Assembly: GCA_019658995.1 (NCBI GenBank)
Contig: JAIFWN010000004.1
Location: 1 to 38,182, forward strand
DNA length: 38,182 nucleotides
Direction: 5' to 3'
Origin: Candidatus Parcubacteria bacterium
GTDB lineage: Bacteria > Patescibacteriota > Minisyncoccia > Phycocordibacterales > Zambryskibacteraceae
The notes under the pieces were generated by a model, which was not told the origin of the DNA, did not search any database, and saw nothing but the letters and a program-made list of their open reading frames with translations. Each line of letters begins with the position of its first letter. Position 1 is the stretch's first letter. Below, piece after piece: positions 11,215 through 19,343 of this stretch. A program made the position numbers and the translations under genes.

Positions 11215-12930
11215 TTATAGCGTATTTACTTCTTCGAATGGAATGACGCGGTTCATGGCCTTTATGATGGCATCTTCCTTCATGGTGAGCATGCCCTTTT
11301 CCCTGGCAATCTTGAAGAGTTCGGCCTCCGTAGGGCTTTTCAAGATCACCTGCTCTATATCCTTATCCATATAAAGAACTTCCATGACGGCCTCACGACC
11401 GGATATACCTGTTACGCAGTCCTTGGTCGGCACCGCCTCGTATACTTCTTTGCCTATAGGTACGGATTTCCTGACATCGACCGGAAGATCTGAGAATTGC
11501 TTTTCTATGAGGAGCTTCAGACTGCCTTCGATTGGTACAGGTTTGCCGCCGTCCTTACACAAGGTCTTTACCAGGCGCTGAGCCATGGCAAGGATGAGGG
11601 TCGGGGCTATGAGATACGGATCGACACCCATATCTATGAGGCGCGGTATGACGCCCAGAGCGTTATTGGTGTGGATGGTCGAGAGCACTAGGTGGCCTGT
11701 CAGAGCGGCCTGGATAGCGAGCGCAGCTGTTTCCTTGTCGCGGATTTCGCCGACCATAATGATGTCCGGATCCTGGCGCAAAGTGGTGCGGAGGCCGTTG
11801 GCAAAGGTGTAATCGATCTCGGGCTGTACCTGAGACTGGCTGACACCATCCATGTTGTACTCTACCGGATCTTCGAGCGAGAGGACGTTCATGTGGTCCT
11901 TGTCGACTTCGTTGAGCATCGAGTAGAGAGTGGTGGATTTGCCGCTTCCGGTCGGGCCGGATATGAGGATAAGGCCGTAAGGCCGCGTGATAGCATTCTT
12001 TATGAGAGCGAGATTCGCCTTAGATATGCCGAGCTGATCCAGCCTGCGTACGCCCCTCTCCTGGTCGAGGATCCTCATCACCACCTTCTCTCCGTAATAC
12101 GTAGGGAAGGTCGAAACGCGGAAGTCTATCTTCCTTCCTTCCATCTTGGCGCTGAAGCGTCCGTCCTGGGGTTTGCGTTTTTCGTCCAGGCGCATGTTGC
12201 AGAGGATCTTGATGCGCGCCACTACCGCGGAATGGACTTTGATCGGCAGGGTGAGCGAAGTATTGAGGACTCCGTCAACACGGAAACGCACCCGGATATT
12301 GTCATGCTGGGGCTCAATGTGAATGTCCGAAGCATTACCGTCGGTGGCGTAGGAAAGAATGGTGGCCACAATCTTCGTCACCGGAGCGTCCTCGACGATT
12401 TTGGCCTCGCCCTTGTCGGTTTCTACTTTTTCTTTATCTTTTCTTATCTCCTCTTTCTGGGCAAGTTCGGTGTCGAGCTCGGAGAGAGCCTGCGTGACCT
12501 CGCCGGAGAGGCCCTTGTACTGTGCCAGGACCTTGTCGAAATCGTCCTCGGTAATAAGGAAGAGCTTGTAGGGCATGCCAATCCTCGAGGAGATAAAGTT
12601 CAGGGCGTCGCGCGCCTCAATATCATCCGGATCTACCGCACCTACCTCGAGCACGCCGTCTTTAACCCCGATCGGCACGACTTTGTAATGCTCGGCTGAT
12701 TCCTCCGGTATGTATTCGAGAATCTTGCCGAAGAAATCGACATTGCGGAGGCTCCTCGTGGGTATGTCGAGCTCTTCACCCTTGGCCTCGAGGATGCGTT
12801 CGGGCGGAACGCCACGCATTACCAGAACTTGCTCGAGAGAAAGGCCAGAGCTTTTGGCTTCGGCCTCGATGGCAGCGGCGTCATCCGCCTTGATGACCTT
12901 TTTTTCCTTCAATAAATCTATGATGCTCAT
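11215..12930 (-). CDS. pilB: Type IV pilus assembly ATPase (GspE/PilB family)
   Basis: 571 aa. It has an N-terminal GSPII-type domain, Walker A GPTGSGKSTT, IMVGEIRD and GHLVLSTIHTN. Confidence 0.9.
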   Translation of the reverse strand: MSIIDLLKEKKVIKADDAAAIEAEAKSSGLSLEQVLVMRGVPPERILEAKGEELDIPTRSLRNVDFFGKILEYIPEESAEHYKVVPIGVKDGVLEVGAVDPDDIEARDALNFISSRIGMPYKLFLITEDDFDKVLAQYKGLSGEVTQALSELDTELAQKEEIRKDKEKVETDKGEAKIVEDAPVTKIVATILSYATDGNASDIHIEPQHDNIRVRFRVDGVLNTSLTLPIKVHSAVVARIKILCNMRLDEKRKPQDGRFSAKMEGRKIDFRVSTFPTYYGEKVVMRILDQERGVRRLDQLGISKANLALIKNAITRPYGLILISGPTGSGKSTTLYSMLNEVDKDHMNVLSLEDPVEYNMDGVSQSQVQPEIDYTFANGLRTTLRQDPDIIMVGEIRDKETAALAIQAALTGHLVLSTIHTNNALGVIPRLIDMGVDPYLIAPTLILAMAQRLVKTLCKDGGKPVPIEGSLKLLIEKQFSDLPVDVRKSVPIGKEVYEAVPTKDCVTGISGREAVMEVLYMDKDIEQVILKSPTEAELFKIAREKGMLTMKEDAIIKAMNRVIPFEEVNTL

Positions 12931-13227
12931 TTAATCGCGACCTATGCTGTCGAATGGATTATTCCTGCCGGGAAGCTGGTTCGGTATGGGCGTCGAGAAG
13001 TCCACCAGCCGCTTATACAAAGGCGAGGAGAAGAGAGATTGATTGAGAGAGACCGACTGGATGCTTGAGTATAAGTTAAGGACATCCGAACCCACAGCCT
13101 GCGCCGAGATATCGCGGGTGGTCGAGACACTCGCCGGGCTTCTGAAGCTCGAGTAAACGTAAATGCCTATGATGAAGAGTATCGCCACCACTATCAGAGC
13201 CATGTTGTTTTTCAGGAAGGTGATCAT
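12931..13227 (-). CDS. Small single-pass membrane protein of the pilus locus (function unknown)
   Basis: 98-aa ORF with one N-terminal TM helix. It is packed tightly between pilO-like and pilB with no gaps. Confidence 0.55.
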   Translation of the reverse strand: MITFLKNNMALIVVAILFIIGIYVYSSFRSPASVSTTRDISAQAVGSDVLNLYSSIQSVSLNQSLFSSPLYKRLVDFSTPIPNQLPGRNNPFDSIGRD

Positions 13228-13228
13228 G

Positions 13229-13771
13229 TTACTTGAGCCAATAGGTTTCTATGGTTATCTGGAATTCGTAAATGCCCGATTCCGAAGTTTTGAAGGCCAG
13301 AGACTTCACATCAATGATGCGCAGGCTCTGCTCGACGTCCTGCATGAACTTGCGGAAGTTCTGGTAAGTGGTGATGAAGGAGAAGGATACGGTCACCGTG
13401 TCGTAAGACTTCTGCTGTCCCGACTGCATTATGGAGGTACCGGCATCGTCCTTGTTGTCTACGGTACGGATGCTCTTGATACTGATACCGTAGCGGGCCG
13501 CGATGGCATCGAAGTTCATGGCCAGGTTAACGGTATCGACATTGTCGGGCACGATCTTCTCGAGACGGGCGATTTCGGTAGCCGGAGTGTTCTGATACTT
13601 TACGTCCAGGTCCTGGCGGATCTTGGTCAGCTCGGCGACATTGCCCAGAATGTTTTTATACTGGTCGGATTGCTTCTTCAGGACATCGACCTTTTCGTAA
13701 TGCGGCGAAATGAAAGTGTAGAAGAGTCCTACAGAGACAAGAAGCAGGATGAATGCGGTGGAGTTTTTCAT
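13229..13771 (-). CDS. pilO: PilO-like pilus assembly protein
   Basis: 180 aa with an N-terminal TM helix followed by coiled-coil and ferredoxin-like parts. Its position after pilN-like also fits. Confidence 0.6.
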   Translation of the reverse strand: MKNSTAFILLLVSVGLFYTFISPHYEKVDVLKKQSDQYKNILGNVAELTKIRQDLDVKYQNTPATEIARLEKIVPDNVDTVNLAMNFDAIAARYGISIKSIRTVDNKDDAGTSIMQSGQQKSYDTVTVSFSFITTYQNFRKFMQDVEQSLRIIDVKSLAFKTSESGIYEFQITIETYWLK

Positions 13772-13772
13772 A

Positions 13773-14474
13773 TTATGGTTTGGGGGCGGTAGTCGTAGCG
13801 CTCTTGGCCGTGCTCGATGATGTGGCTGTCGGCAAGATAGTCACCGCACTGAGCGGAGCATTCGGAGCCGTCACCGTCGGCAGGTTATCCACCTCTTCTT
13901 TGTACGAGACGAGCGTCGGATCGACATAAGCTTTGAAAGAGAAGGTAACGTTGCCTTTGTCGTCGAGATCCAGATCGGCGAAGATCGGCTGCTTGAAATA
14001 CGGACTCTTATTGAAAATCTCAGACTGGAGAGCCACCGCCGCGTAACCCCTGGCCTGCCCGCGCATGCTTAGCTCGAGTCCCTTATCGGTGGCTTTATAT
14101 TGAAATTCGTTGAAGCGCACTGTCTTCAACGTGGAATTTTCGAGGTATGTGAAGAGCGGCGAGAGGACAATGTGTCTATCCAGGAGCTTGCCTGTCGAGA
14201 CAATGCGCGAGTCCAAGCGGCTGATCTTGGTAATGGTCTCCGGCTCGAGAGTGGCGTGAGCGGAGTTGAGATCGACGCCCATCTTCTTGATGTTCTGGTT
14301 GAGATACAGCTCGTAGCCGAAGACGCCGAGCGAGAGCAGTACGGCGAAAGTGAATATAAAGACGGCCAAAGTGCCCAATATGCTCCTGCTGCTCTCGCGG
14401 GATATCCGACTTACGATACCTGCGGTAGCCAAGGGACCCTTGGGAATGAATGATGATTGGAATTTCGGTTCCAT
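13773..14474 (-). CDS. pilN: PilN-like pilus assembly protein
   Basis: 233 aa with a cytoplasmic N-terminus, one TM helix (LGTLAVFIFTFAVLLSLGVFGY) and a periplasmic-type domain. It lies directly downstream of pilM. Confidence 0.6.
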   Translation of the reverse strand: MEPKFQSSFIPKGPLATAGIVSRISRESSRSILGTLAVFIFTFAVLLSLGVFGYELYLNQNIKKMGVDLNSAHATLEPETITKISRLDSRIVSTGKLLDRHIVLSPLFTYLENSTLKTVRFNEFQYKATDKGLELSMRGQARGYAAVALQSEIFNKSPYFKQPIFADLDLDDKGNVTFSFKAYVDPTLVSYKEEVDNLPTVTAPNAPLSAVTILPTATSSSTAKSATTTAPKP

Positions 14475-14525
14475 CTGGCTAAATTATACTAGAGTTTTAG
14501 CCCAAAAATGTCTTAGTTATACACA

Positions 14526-15644
14526 CTATCCCTCGTCCTGGAGTTTTCTCAGCGCTGTACCGATAGCGACAGCGAACTCGGGTCCCGTCTGGCGCAAAAT
14601 ATTTTCGATAAAGGCCGGAGTGGCGAGCTTGCCGAAGGGGTTACCGGCTACCGCTTCCGTTTTGAAAGCGGCTTTGGCGAGTTCCTGTAGGCCTTTGAGC
14701 GAGGCGCCTCCGCCCACGAGCACTACCTTGGAAACGCTCTTGTTGTACTTCTTTTCAAACCCGAGGATAGTGCGGTTAGCTTCGGCAAAGATATACTCGA
14801 GGACAAGATTGATAACGTCGGCCACGCTCTTGTCGCCTCCCGAGAGTCCCATCTCCCGCTTCATGACCTCGGCGCGCTCCACCGGGAGACCGAGAGATTT
14901 GGAAATAGCGCTCGTGATGTCCTGCGCCCCGCGGTTGACCGTATGCGAAGCCCTGACCACTCCCCGCTCTACGATGTAGAGCTTGGTTGATGCCGCGCCC
15001 ATGTCCATAATCATTACCGGCGCGAGCCCTTCTTCGAGCACCGAGCGCATAGTGGAGAAAATTTCAATTTCGAAGAAGCCGGCTTCCACGCCAGACTTGA
15101 GAGCAATGTCCTGATAACGGCCGATGGTGTCGTTGTGTATGGCCACGACCAGAACATCAATCTTCTTCTGCGCTCCGGCCGGTTCAGTCGGGAAAACGGT
15201 ATCGTCTACTTCGGGCTTGGGTATGGCCGACCAGTCGAGCATCACTTCGTTTATCGGTACCGGTATGTATTTGCGGGCTTCGAGAGGCACCATGGTCTCG
15301 AGCTGCTTAGGACCGACATCCGGCATCTCTATGACCGACATCAGGGAGGAGGCAAATGGTATGGCGATGCCGGCGAGCTTGGTGGTAACGTTCACCTCCT
15401 TCTCTTTCATCAAGTCGGCCAGAGCGGAAGCTATCTTATCCGTTGGGAGCTGAACCGCCTGACCTATCGAAGCGCCGCCGTAGGGGCCAAGAGCGAGCTC
15501 GCCGTAAGTCTCGAGCACGGCCTGGCCGTTCTTCTTCCGGATCTGCACGACCTTGATGGCCGATGAGCCTATATCGATACCAATAACCGAGGGCGAATCC
15601 TTCTTGCCGCCGAAGATTCCGCCGAGGAAACCAGGGAGTGCCAT
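14526..15644 (-). CDS. pilM: Type IV pilus assembly protein PilM (actin-like ATPase fold)
   Basis: It has IGIDIGSSAIKVVQI and later GGGASLKGL motifs. I use the ATG at 15644 (MALPGFLGG). The track ORF extends to a TTG at 15671, which would overlap comF. Confidence 0.85.
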   Translation of the reverse strand: MALPGFLGGIFGGKKDSPSVIGIDIGSSAIKVVQIRKKNGQAVLETYGELALGPYGGASIGQAVQLPTDKIASALADLMKEKEVNVTTKLAGIAIPFASSLMSVIEMPDVGPKQLETMVPLEARKYIPVPINEVMLDWSAIPKPEVDDTVFPTEPAGAQKKIDVLVVAIHNDTIGRYQDIALKSGVEAGFFEIEIFSTMRSVLEEGLAPVMIMDMGAASTKLYIVERGVVRASHTVNRGAQDITSAISKSLGLPVERAEVMKREMGLSGGDKSVADVINLVLEYIFAEANRTILGFEKKYNKSVSKVVLVGGGASLKGLQELAKAAFKTEAVAGNPFGKLATPAFIENILRQTGPEFAVAIGTALRKLQDEG

Positions 15645-15663
15645 ATAATTAGATTGTATCACA

Positions 15664-16326
15664 ATGCTCAAAGCTGTTTTAAGCGGTTTTGTAGATTTTC
15701 TTTATCCGAAGTCCGGAGAAGTTTACGCGCTCGAAGAGCTTTCACCCTACGAACTTCTGGCCAGACTCCCGCAGGCCCCGGATCTCGGGGATGAGACCAT
15801 CGCCATCTTCGCCTATTACGATGAGCGCGTACGCGACCTTATTTGGGAACTCAAGTATAGGAAGAACCGGAAAATTGCCGAGACCCTGGCATCAGTCGTC
15901 TATGACGTATTGAGGACCGAAGTCGCCGAGCGGGCACTCTTCGAAAATTTCATAAACCCCCTCCTCATACCTATGCCCATGTCCCCGGCGCGCAGGCTCG
16001 AAAGGGGCTGGAACCAGACGGAAGTTCTCTGTGAAGAACTTATAAGGCTGGATACTGACCCGCCTGCGCAGGCAGGGAAAATATTTGAATACTCTCCCAA
16101 TGTTTTAACGAAAGTGCGGCACACCGAGAGCCAGACTCTGACAACAAACAAAAAAGAAAGGCTCCGTAACGTCGAGAATTCCATGAGTTCGGACCAGTCT
16201 GTCAGAGGACGCAATGTCGTCCTCTTCGATGACGTTACGACGACGGGCGCCACTTTCCGTGACGCCCGTCGCGCACTCCGTGAGAGAGGAGCCAGAAGGA
16301 TTCTCTGTATAGCACTAGCTCATTGA
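15664..16326 (+). CDS. comF: ComF family protein (phosphoribosyltransferase-type domain)
   Basis: 220 aa with a C-terminal PRTase motif (VVLFDDVTTTGATF) and ComFC-like spacing. It lacks the N-terminal Cys-rich finger seen in many ComF proteins. Confidence 0.8.
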   Translation: MLKAVLSGFVDFLYPKSGEVYALEELSPYELLARLPQAPDLGDETIAIFAYYDERVRDLIWELKYRKNRKIAETLASVVYDVLRTEVAERALFENFINPLLIPMPMSPARRLERGWNQTEVLCEELIRLDTDPPAQAGKIFEYSPNVLTKVRHTESQTLTTNKKERLRNVENSMSSDQSVRGRNVVLFDDVTTTGATFRDARRALRERGARRILCIALAH

Positions 16327-16331
16327 TCCCG

Positions 16332-16359
16332 TTAGAAGTGGACTAAATCCACTTTCTAA
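16332..16359. terminator. Hairpin between convergent genes (possible bidirectional terminator)
   Basis: aagtgga (16336-16342) pairs with tccactt (16348-16354). With one bulged T the stem can extend further. It is flanked by A/T-rich sequence. Confidence 0.35.
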
Positions 16360-16364
16360 TGGGA

Positions 16365-16799
16365 CTAGTCCTGGTTCTGAAGAACTCTGGCCGCAAGCAC
16401 TCCTTCGTATTTGTAGATCTTGGCTTCCTCGCTATTCTGATCCGCTCCCGTGAACTTGCCCACCACTCTGACATTGGTATCGAGACCTATGCCCTTCTCT
16501 ATTACTTCTACCTTAGAAGTATCGAGGGCGTAGAATTTGCCGTCACTGCCCTTGAGTCCGATGATACACTCATCGCCTGTCGGAACTTTGCCGCTCTGGA
16601 GAGGCAGACAGTCGAGCTTGCCTAGAACCGATATCTCATCCCCCTTAGGATCGGTATAAGGAACTTCTTCCGTAACATTGTTCGGCGCTCCGTCATCCTC
16701 ACCGTCTCCGCGCATAAGCATCCATCCGCCCACGAGCACTACCAAAACAACCAAGCCTATAAACCAGCCCTTCTTGTACCAAGGTGTATTATTTTCCAT
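16365..16799 (-). CDS. Hypothetical membrane-anchored protein
   Basis: 144-aa ORF with an N-terminal TM helix (WFIGLVVLVVLVGGWMLM). No family was recognised. Confidence 0.55.
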   Translation of the reverse strand: MENNTPWYKKGWFIGLVVLVVLVGGWMLMRGDGEDDGAPNNVTEEVPYTDPKGDEISVLGKLDCLPLQSGKVPTGDECIIGLKGSDGKFYALDTSKVEVIEKGIGLDTNVRVVGKFTGADQNSEEAKIYKYEGVLAARVLQNQD

Positions 16800-16866
16800 G
16801 TTTTTACCTTATCACTTCGTAGACGAAGCGCAAGACCGCCGATTACCTGAAATTTATTGATAATAA

Positions 16867-17361
16867 TTAACCCCGAGCAGCTTTCTCCAGCTCCGCCACA
16901 TCAATCTTCTTCATCTTGAGCATTGCCTGGAGAGCACGGTCGGCCTTGGCTTTATCCGGATCATTGAGGAGCTCCGGCAATCTCTTAGGAATAATTTGCC
17001 AGGAGTAGCCGTACTTATCCATGACCCAGCCGCATTGCTGCATATTAGGATCCCCGTCCTCCCCCAGCGCGTTCCAATATTTGTCCACTTCATCCTGTGT
17101 ATCGCACTCAACGTAGAAGGAGGTGGCCGCTGTGGGCTTGAAGACGGGTCCGCCGTCGAGGCACATAAACTCCTGCCCCAAGAGTTCGAAGACGGCCGTC
17201 AGTACCTTGCCGTCGAAGCCCGCCATCGGGCCTTCCTTAATGCCTTCTGGATACCTCTTGATCGAGACAATCTTCGAGTCGGGGAAAACAGAGACATAGA
17301 AGTTCATGGCTTCCTCGGCATTCCTGTCGAACCAGAGAAACGGAGTAATTTTCTGCTTCAT
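16867..17361 (-). CDS. VOC-superfamily protein, PhnB/YjdN-like (3-demethylubiquinone-9 3-methyltransferase-type domain)
   Basis: The N-terminus KITPFLWFDRNAEEAMNFYVSVFPDSKI and the segment DKYGYSWQI are characteristic of that family. Confidence 0.75.
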   Translation of the reverse strand: MKQKITPFLWFDRNAEEAMNFYVSVFPDSKIVSIKRYPEGIKEGPMAGFDGKVLTAVFELLGQEFMCLDGGPVFKPTAATSFYVECDTQDEVDKYWNALGEDGDPNMQQCGWVMDKYGYSWQIIPKRLPELLNDPDKAKADRALQAMLKMKKIDVAELEKAARG

Positions 17362-17362
17362 G

Positions 17363-17785
17363 TTATTGCTGTGGCATTAGGGGCTGCATGATACTCACTC
17401 GGTTACCCTCGCTGTCGAGGATGGAGGCAAACATGCCTACGCCCGGTATCATCTCCGGCTGGCCGTCCTTCTTCGACCCGCCGAGGACTTGACCGCCGGC
17501 GGCCTTCACATCCTCAATAGATTTATTGATATCCTCGACGGCTATAACCACCGACGGGTATTGCGAGATGGGATCAGCGCTCTTCTTGTAGAAGCCGCCG
17601 TTGATCTTGCCCTTCTCCAAGGGGCCGTTCTTGTCCGACTCCGAAGTCATCACTACCACATAGTTCCCCATCTCCGGACCCATCTGGGTAAAGTCCCAGC
17701 CGAAGGCCTCGCCATAGAACTTCTTCATCCGCTCGAGATCCTCTCCTGGGAACTCGAAGTGCACTACTGGATTATTTTTAGCCAT
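17363..17785 (-). CDS. VOC family (glyoxalase/bleomycin-resistance fold) protein
   Basis: 140 aa. VVHFEFPGEDLERMKKFYGEAFGW is the typical first beta-alpha-beta module. Confidence 0.7.
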   Translation of the reverse strand: MAKNNPVVHFEFPGEDLERMKKFYGEAFGWDFTQMGPEMGNYVVVMTSESDKNGPLEKGKINGGFYKKSADPISQYPSVVIAVEDINKSIEDVKAAGGQVLGGSKKDGQPEMIPGVGMFASILDSEGNRVSIMQPLMPQQ

Positions 17786-17812
17786 AAAATTTATATTAAT
17801 TGAATTATTGTA

Positions 17813-17977
17813 CTACTTTTTTGGGTGCTTCCGGGGTTTCCTTATCTCTGTGGGCTTGGCCTTCGAGCGTACTCGACCGATCTTTACCTTCGGCTCCATC
17901 CTCGGCGCAGCCGATCCGTGAGCCTGACCGCTCTTTATCACATCTTTGTTCCTGACATTCTTCTTGGTCGGCTTCAT
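17813..17977 (-). CDS. Possible small, very basic protein (54 aa)
   Basis: My own translation is MKPTKKNVRNKDVIKSGQAHGSAAPRMEPKVKIGRVRSKAKPTEIRKPRKHPKK*. It is on the same strand as its neighbours and falls below the ORF-track size cutoff. Confidence 0.3.
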   Translation of the reverse strand: MKPTKKNVRNKDVIKSGQAHGSAAPRMEPKVKIGRVRSKAKPTEIRKPRKHPKK

Positions 17978-17984
17978 CACCCAC

Positions 17985-18089
17985 TCAGGACGTTCTCCTC
18001 TTCGGTTTCTTTCCGCCCGGCCAACAGATCGGGCAGAAGCTCCCTCTGTATTTGTGCCCGCGACTGCAGATTTTTATCTTCTTTTTCAT
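17985..18089 (-). CDS. Possible small zinc-ribbon-like protein (34 aa)
   Basis: My own translation is MKKKIKICSRGHKYRGSFCPICWPGGKKPKRRTS*, with a C-x3-H...C-x2-C pattern. The ATG lies 7 nt after the YgjP-like stop codon. Confidence 0.35.
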   Translation of the reverse strand: MKKKIKICSRGHKYRGSFCPICWPGGKKPKRRTS

Positions 18090-18096
18090 TTCGTTA

Positions 18097-18501
18097 CTAA
18101 CGAAAGAGCTTCTCCAAAGTGACAAACCGTACATCGATACGCATTAATTCGGCCCGAGACTTCCGCCAATCCGGCAGAGTCTTCTCCACCAGAGCCCAGA
18201 ATCTTTCGGAATGATTAAATTCCTCAAGATGGCAGAGCTCATGGACGATGATGTAGTCGGCCAAGTGCGGCGGCAGGAGCGCGATGCGATAATTAAAGTT
18301 CAAATTCCCCTTCTTCGAGCAACTCCCCCACCTCGACTTATGGTTCTTGATAGCTATCCGCTTGTAATCGAAGTTGTAGAAAGTATTGAAGTGCTCAAGC
18401 CTCGCCTGCACCAACCCCCGCGCCATCTCTTTATGCTTCAAATACCTTGCCGAGGGTTTCCTTTTTCTGTCCGCTCTTTTTCTCCTAAAACTTAAAAACA
18501 T
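18097..18501 (-). CDS. YgjP-like (DUF45) M48-type zinc metallohydrolase, short form
   Basis: 134 aa. It has NHKSRWGSCSKKGNLNFNYRI and the HExxH motif in IIVHELCHLEEFNHSERFW. The N-terminal beta-rich half of longer family members is absent. Its ATG shares one nt with the stop of the upstream MTase gene (TAATG). Confidence 0.75.
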   Translation of the reverse strand: MFLSFRRKRADRKRKPSARYLKHKEMARGLVQARLEHFNTFYNFDYKRIAIKNHKSRWGSCSKKGNLNFNYRIALLPPHLADYIIVHELCHLEEFNHSERFWALVEKTLPDWRKSRAELMRIDVRFVTLEKLFR

Positions 18502-19343
18502 TAAATTCTCACAAGAGAATCCGAATAGACCATTAATTCTCTGGCGTTTCTTATTCTTGTCGTTCTGTATTTAAAAGATAATCTATTTCTATTCCTATCC
18601 GAATATAGATCCCTGACCCTTCTATTCTCGTCATAAGTTAATACCCAGTGCGCCTTATTACTCTTGTTTAGTGTTTTAGCTAACTTATTGTGATAATCCT
18701 TATCTTTAACATTTAAATATAAAGCGTACCCCTCCGCGAAATATGGTGGATCTAGGTATATAAATGTGTTTGTTATTTCTGAGTACCTCTTAAACACCTG
18801 GAGCCCATCTTCGTTACTAACTACAATTTTACTTTTGAATTTAGCAATTCTCTGAATTCTGTCGATTAGACCTTTTTTATTAAATCTTGCATCAATTTTA
18901 TACTTCCCGTTCTGTTTTATACCTCCGATAGGATTAGCATTAATTATTCCGTAAGCGTTCGTACGATTAAGAAAGAAGGTTGCGAAACCTCGCTCAAATA
19001 TTTTAGATTTAGAGCTTTTGTAAATTTGTTTCTGTATTTTCCACTCATCAATTGTAATCGGCGTGGATAAAATTTTATTTATGAATTTTCGATTATGGTT
19101 AACAACTGAATACCAGAAACTATATATACAGTAATCTAAATCATTTATTACAATCTTCCTGACTTTATTTGAAAACAATAGAGATAATGCTGCTCCTGCA
19201 CCTCCTGCAAACGGTTCAATATATACTGGCCTTCTCAAACCATTATTTTCAATAATTTTTGAAAATCTTGATGAAAGGAACGCTTTGCCACCTGGATATC
19301 TCAAGGGCGATGATGGAACCATACTTAAGATTCTATAAAACAA
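18501..19343 (-). CDS. Dam-family (D12 class, alpha-type) N6-adenine DNA methyltransferase
   Basis: It has RYPGGK, the AdoMet motif I EPFAGGAG, FFLNRT and the catalytic motif IV DPPY (aa 198-201). The start is either 19343 (19-nt overlap with the upstream gene) or 19322 (2 nt after its stop). Confidence 0.85.
   Translation of the reverse strand: MFYRILSMVPSSPLRYPGGKAFLSSRFSKIIENNGLRRPVYIEPFAGGAGAALSLLFSNKVRKIVINDLDYCIYSFWYSVVNHNRKFINKILSTPITIDEWKIQKQIYKSSKSKIFERGFATFFLNRTNAYGIINANPIGGIKQNGKYKIDARFNKKGLIDRIQRIAKFKSKIVVSNEDGLQVFKRYSEITNTFIYLDPPYFAEGYALYLNVKDKDYHNKLAKTLNKSNKAHWVLTYDENRRVRDLYSDRNRNRLSFKYRTTRIRNARELMVYSDSLVRI

Noticed and set aside
11692-12699. 335-aa plus-strand ORF inside pilB, and similar long antisense ORFs inside ligA, pilT, ftsH (32163..33104) and recG
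   Set aside because: The opposite-strand genes have unambiguous catalytic motifs. These are shadow ORFs, common at about 50 percent GC.
17825-18100. Plus-strand 91-aa ORF in the gap between the VOC gene and the YgjP-like gene
   Set aside because: The composition is unlike a protein (rich in R/S/L/C runs such as RSRSVSLTAL and SSSVSFRPANRSGRSS). It is antisense to all neighbours. The minus strand offers two more plausible small ORFs.
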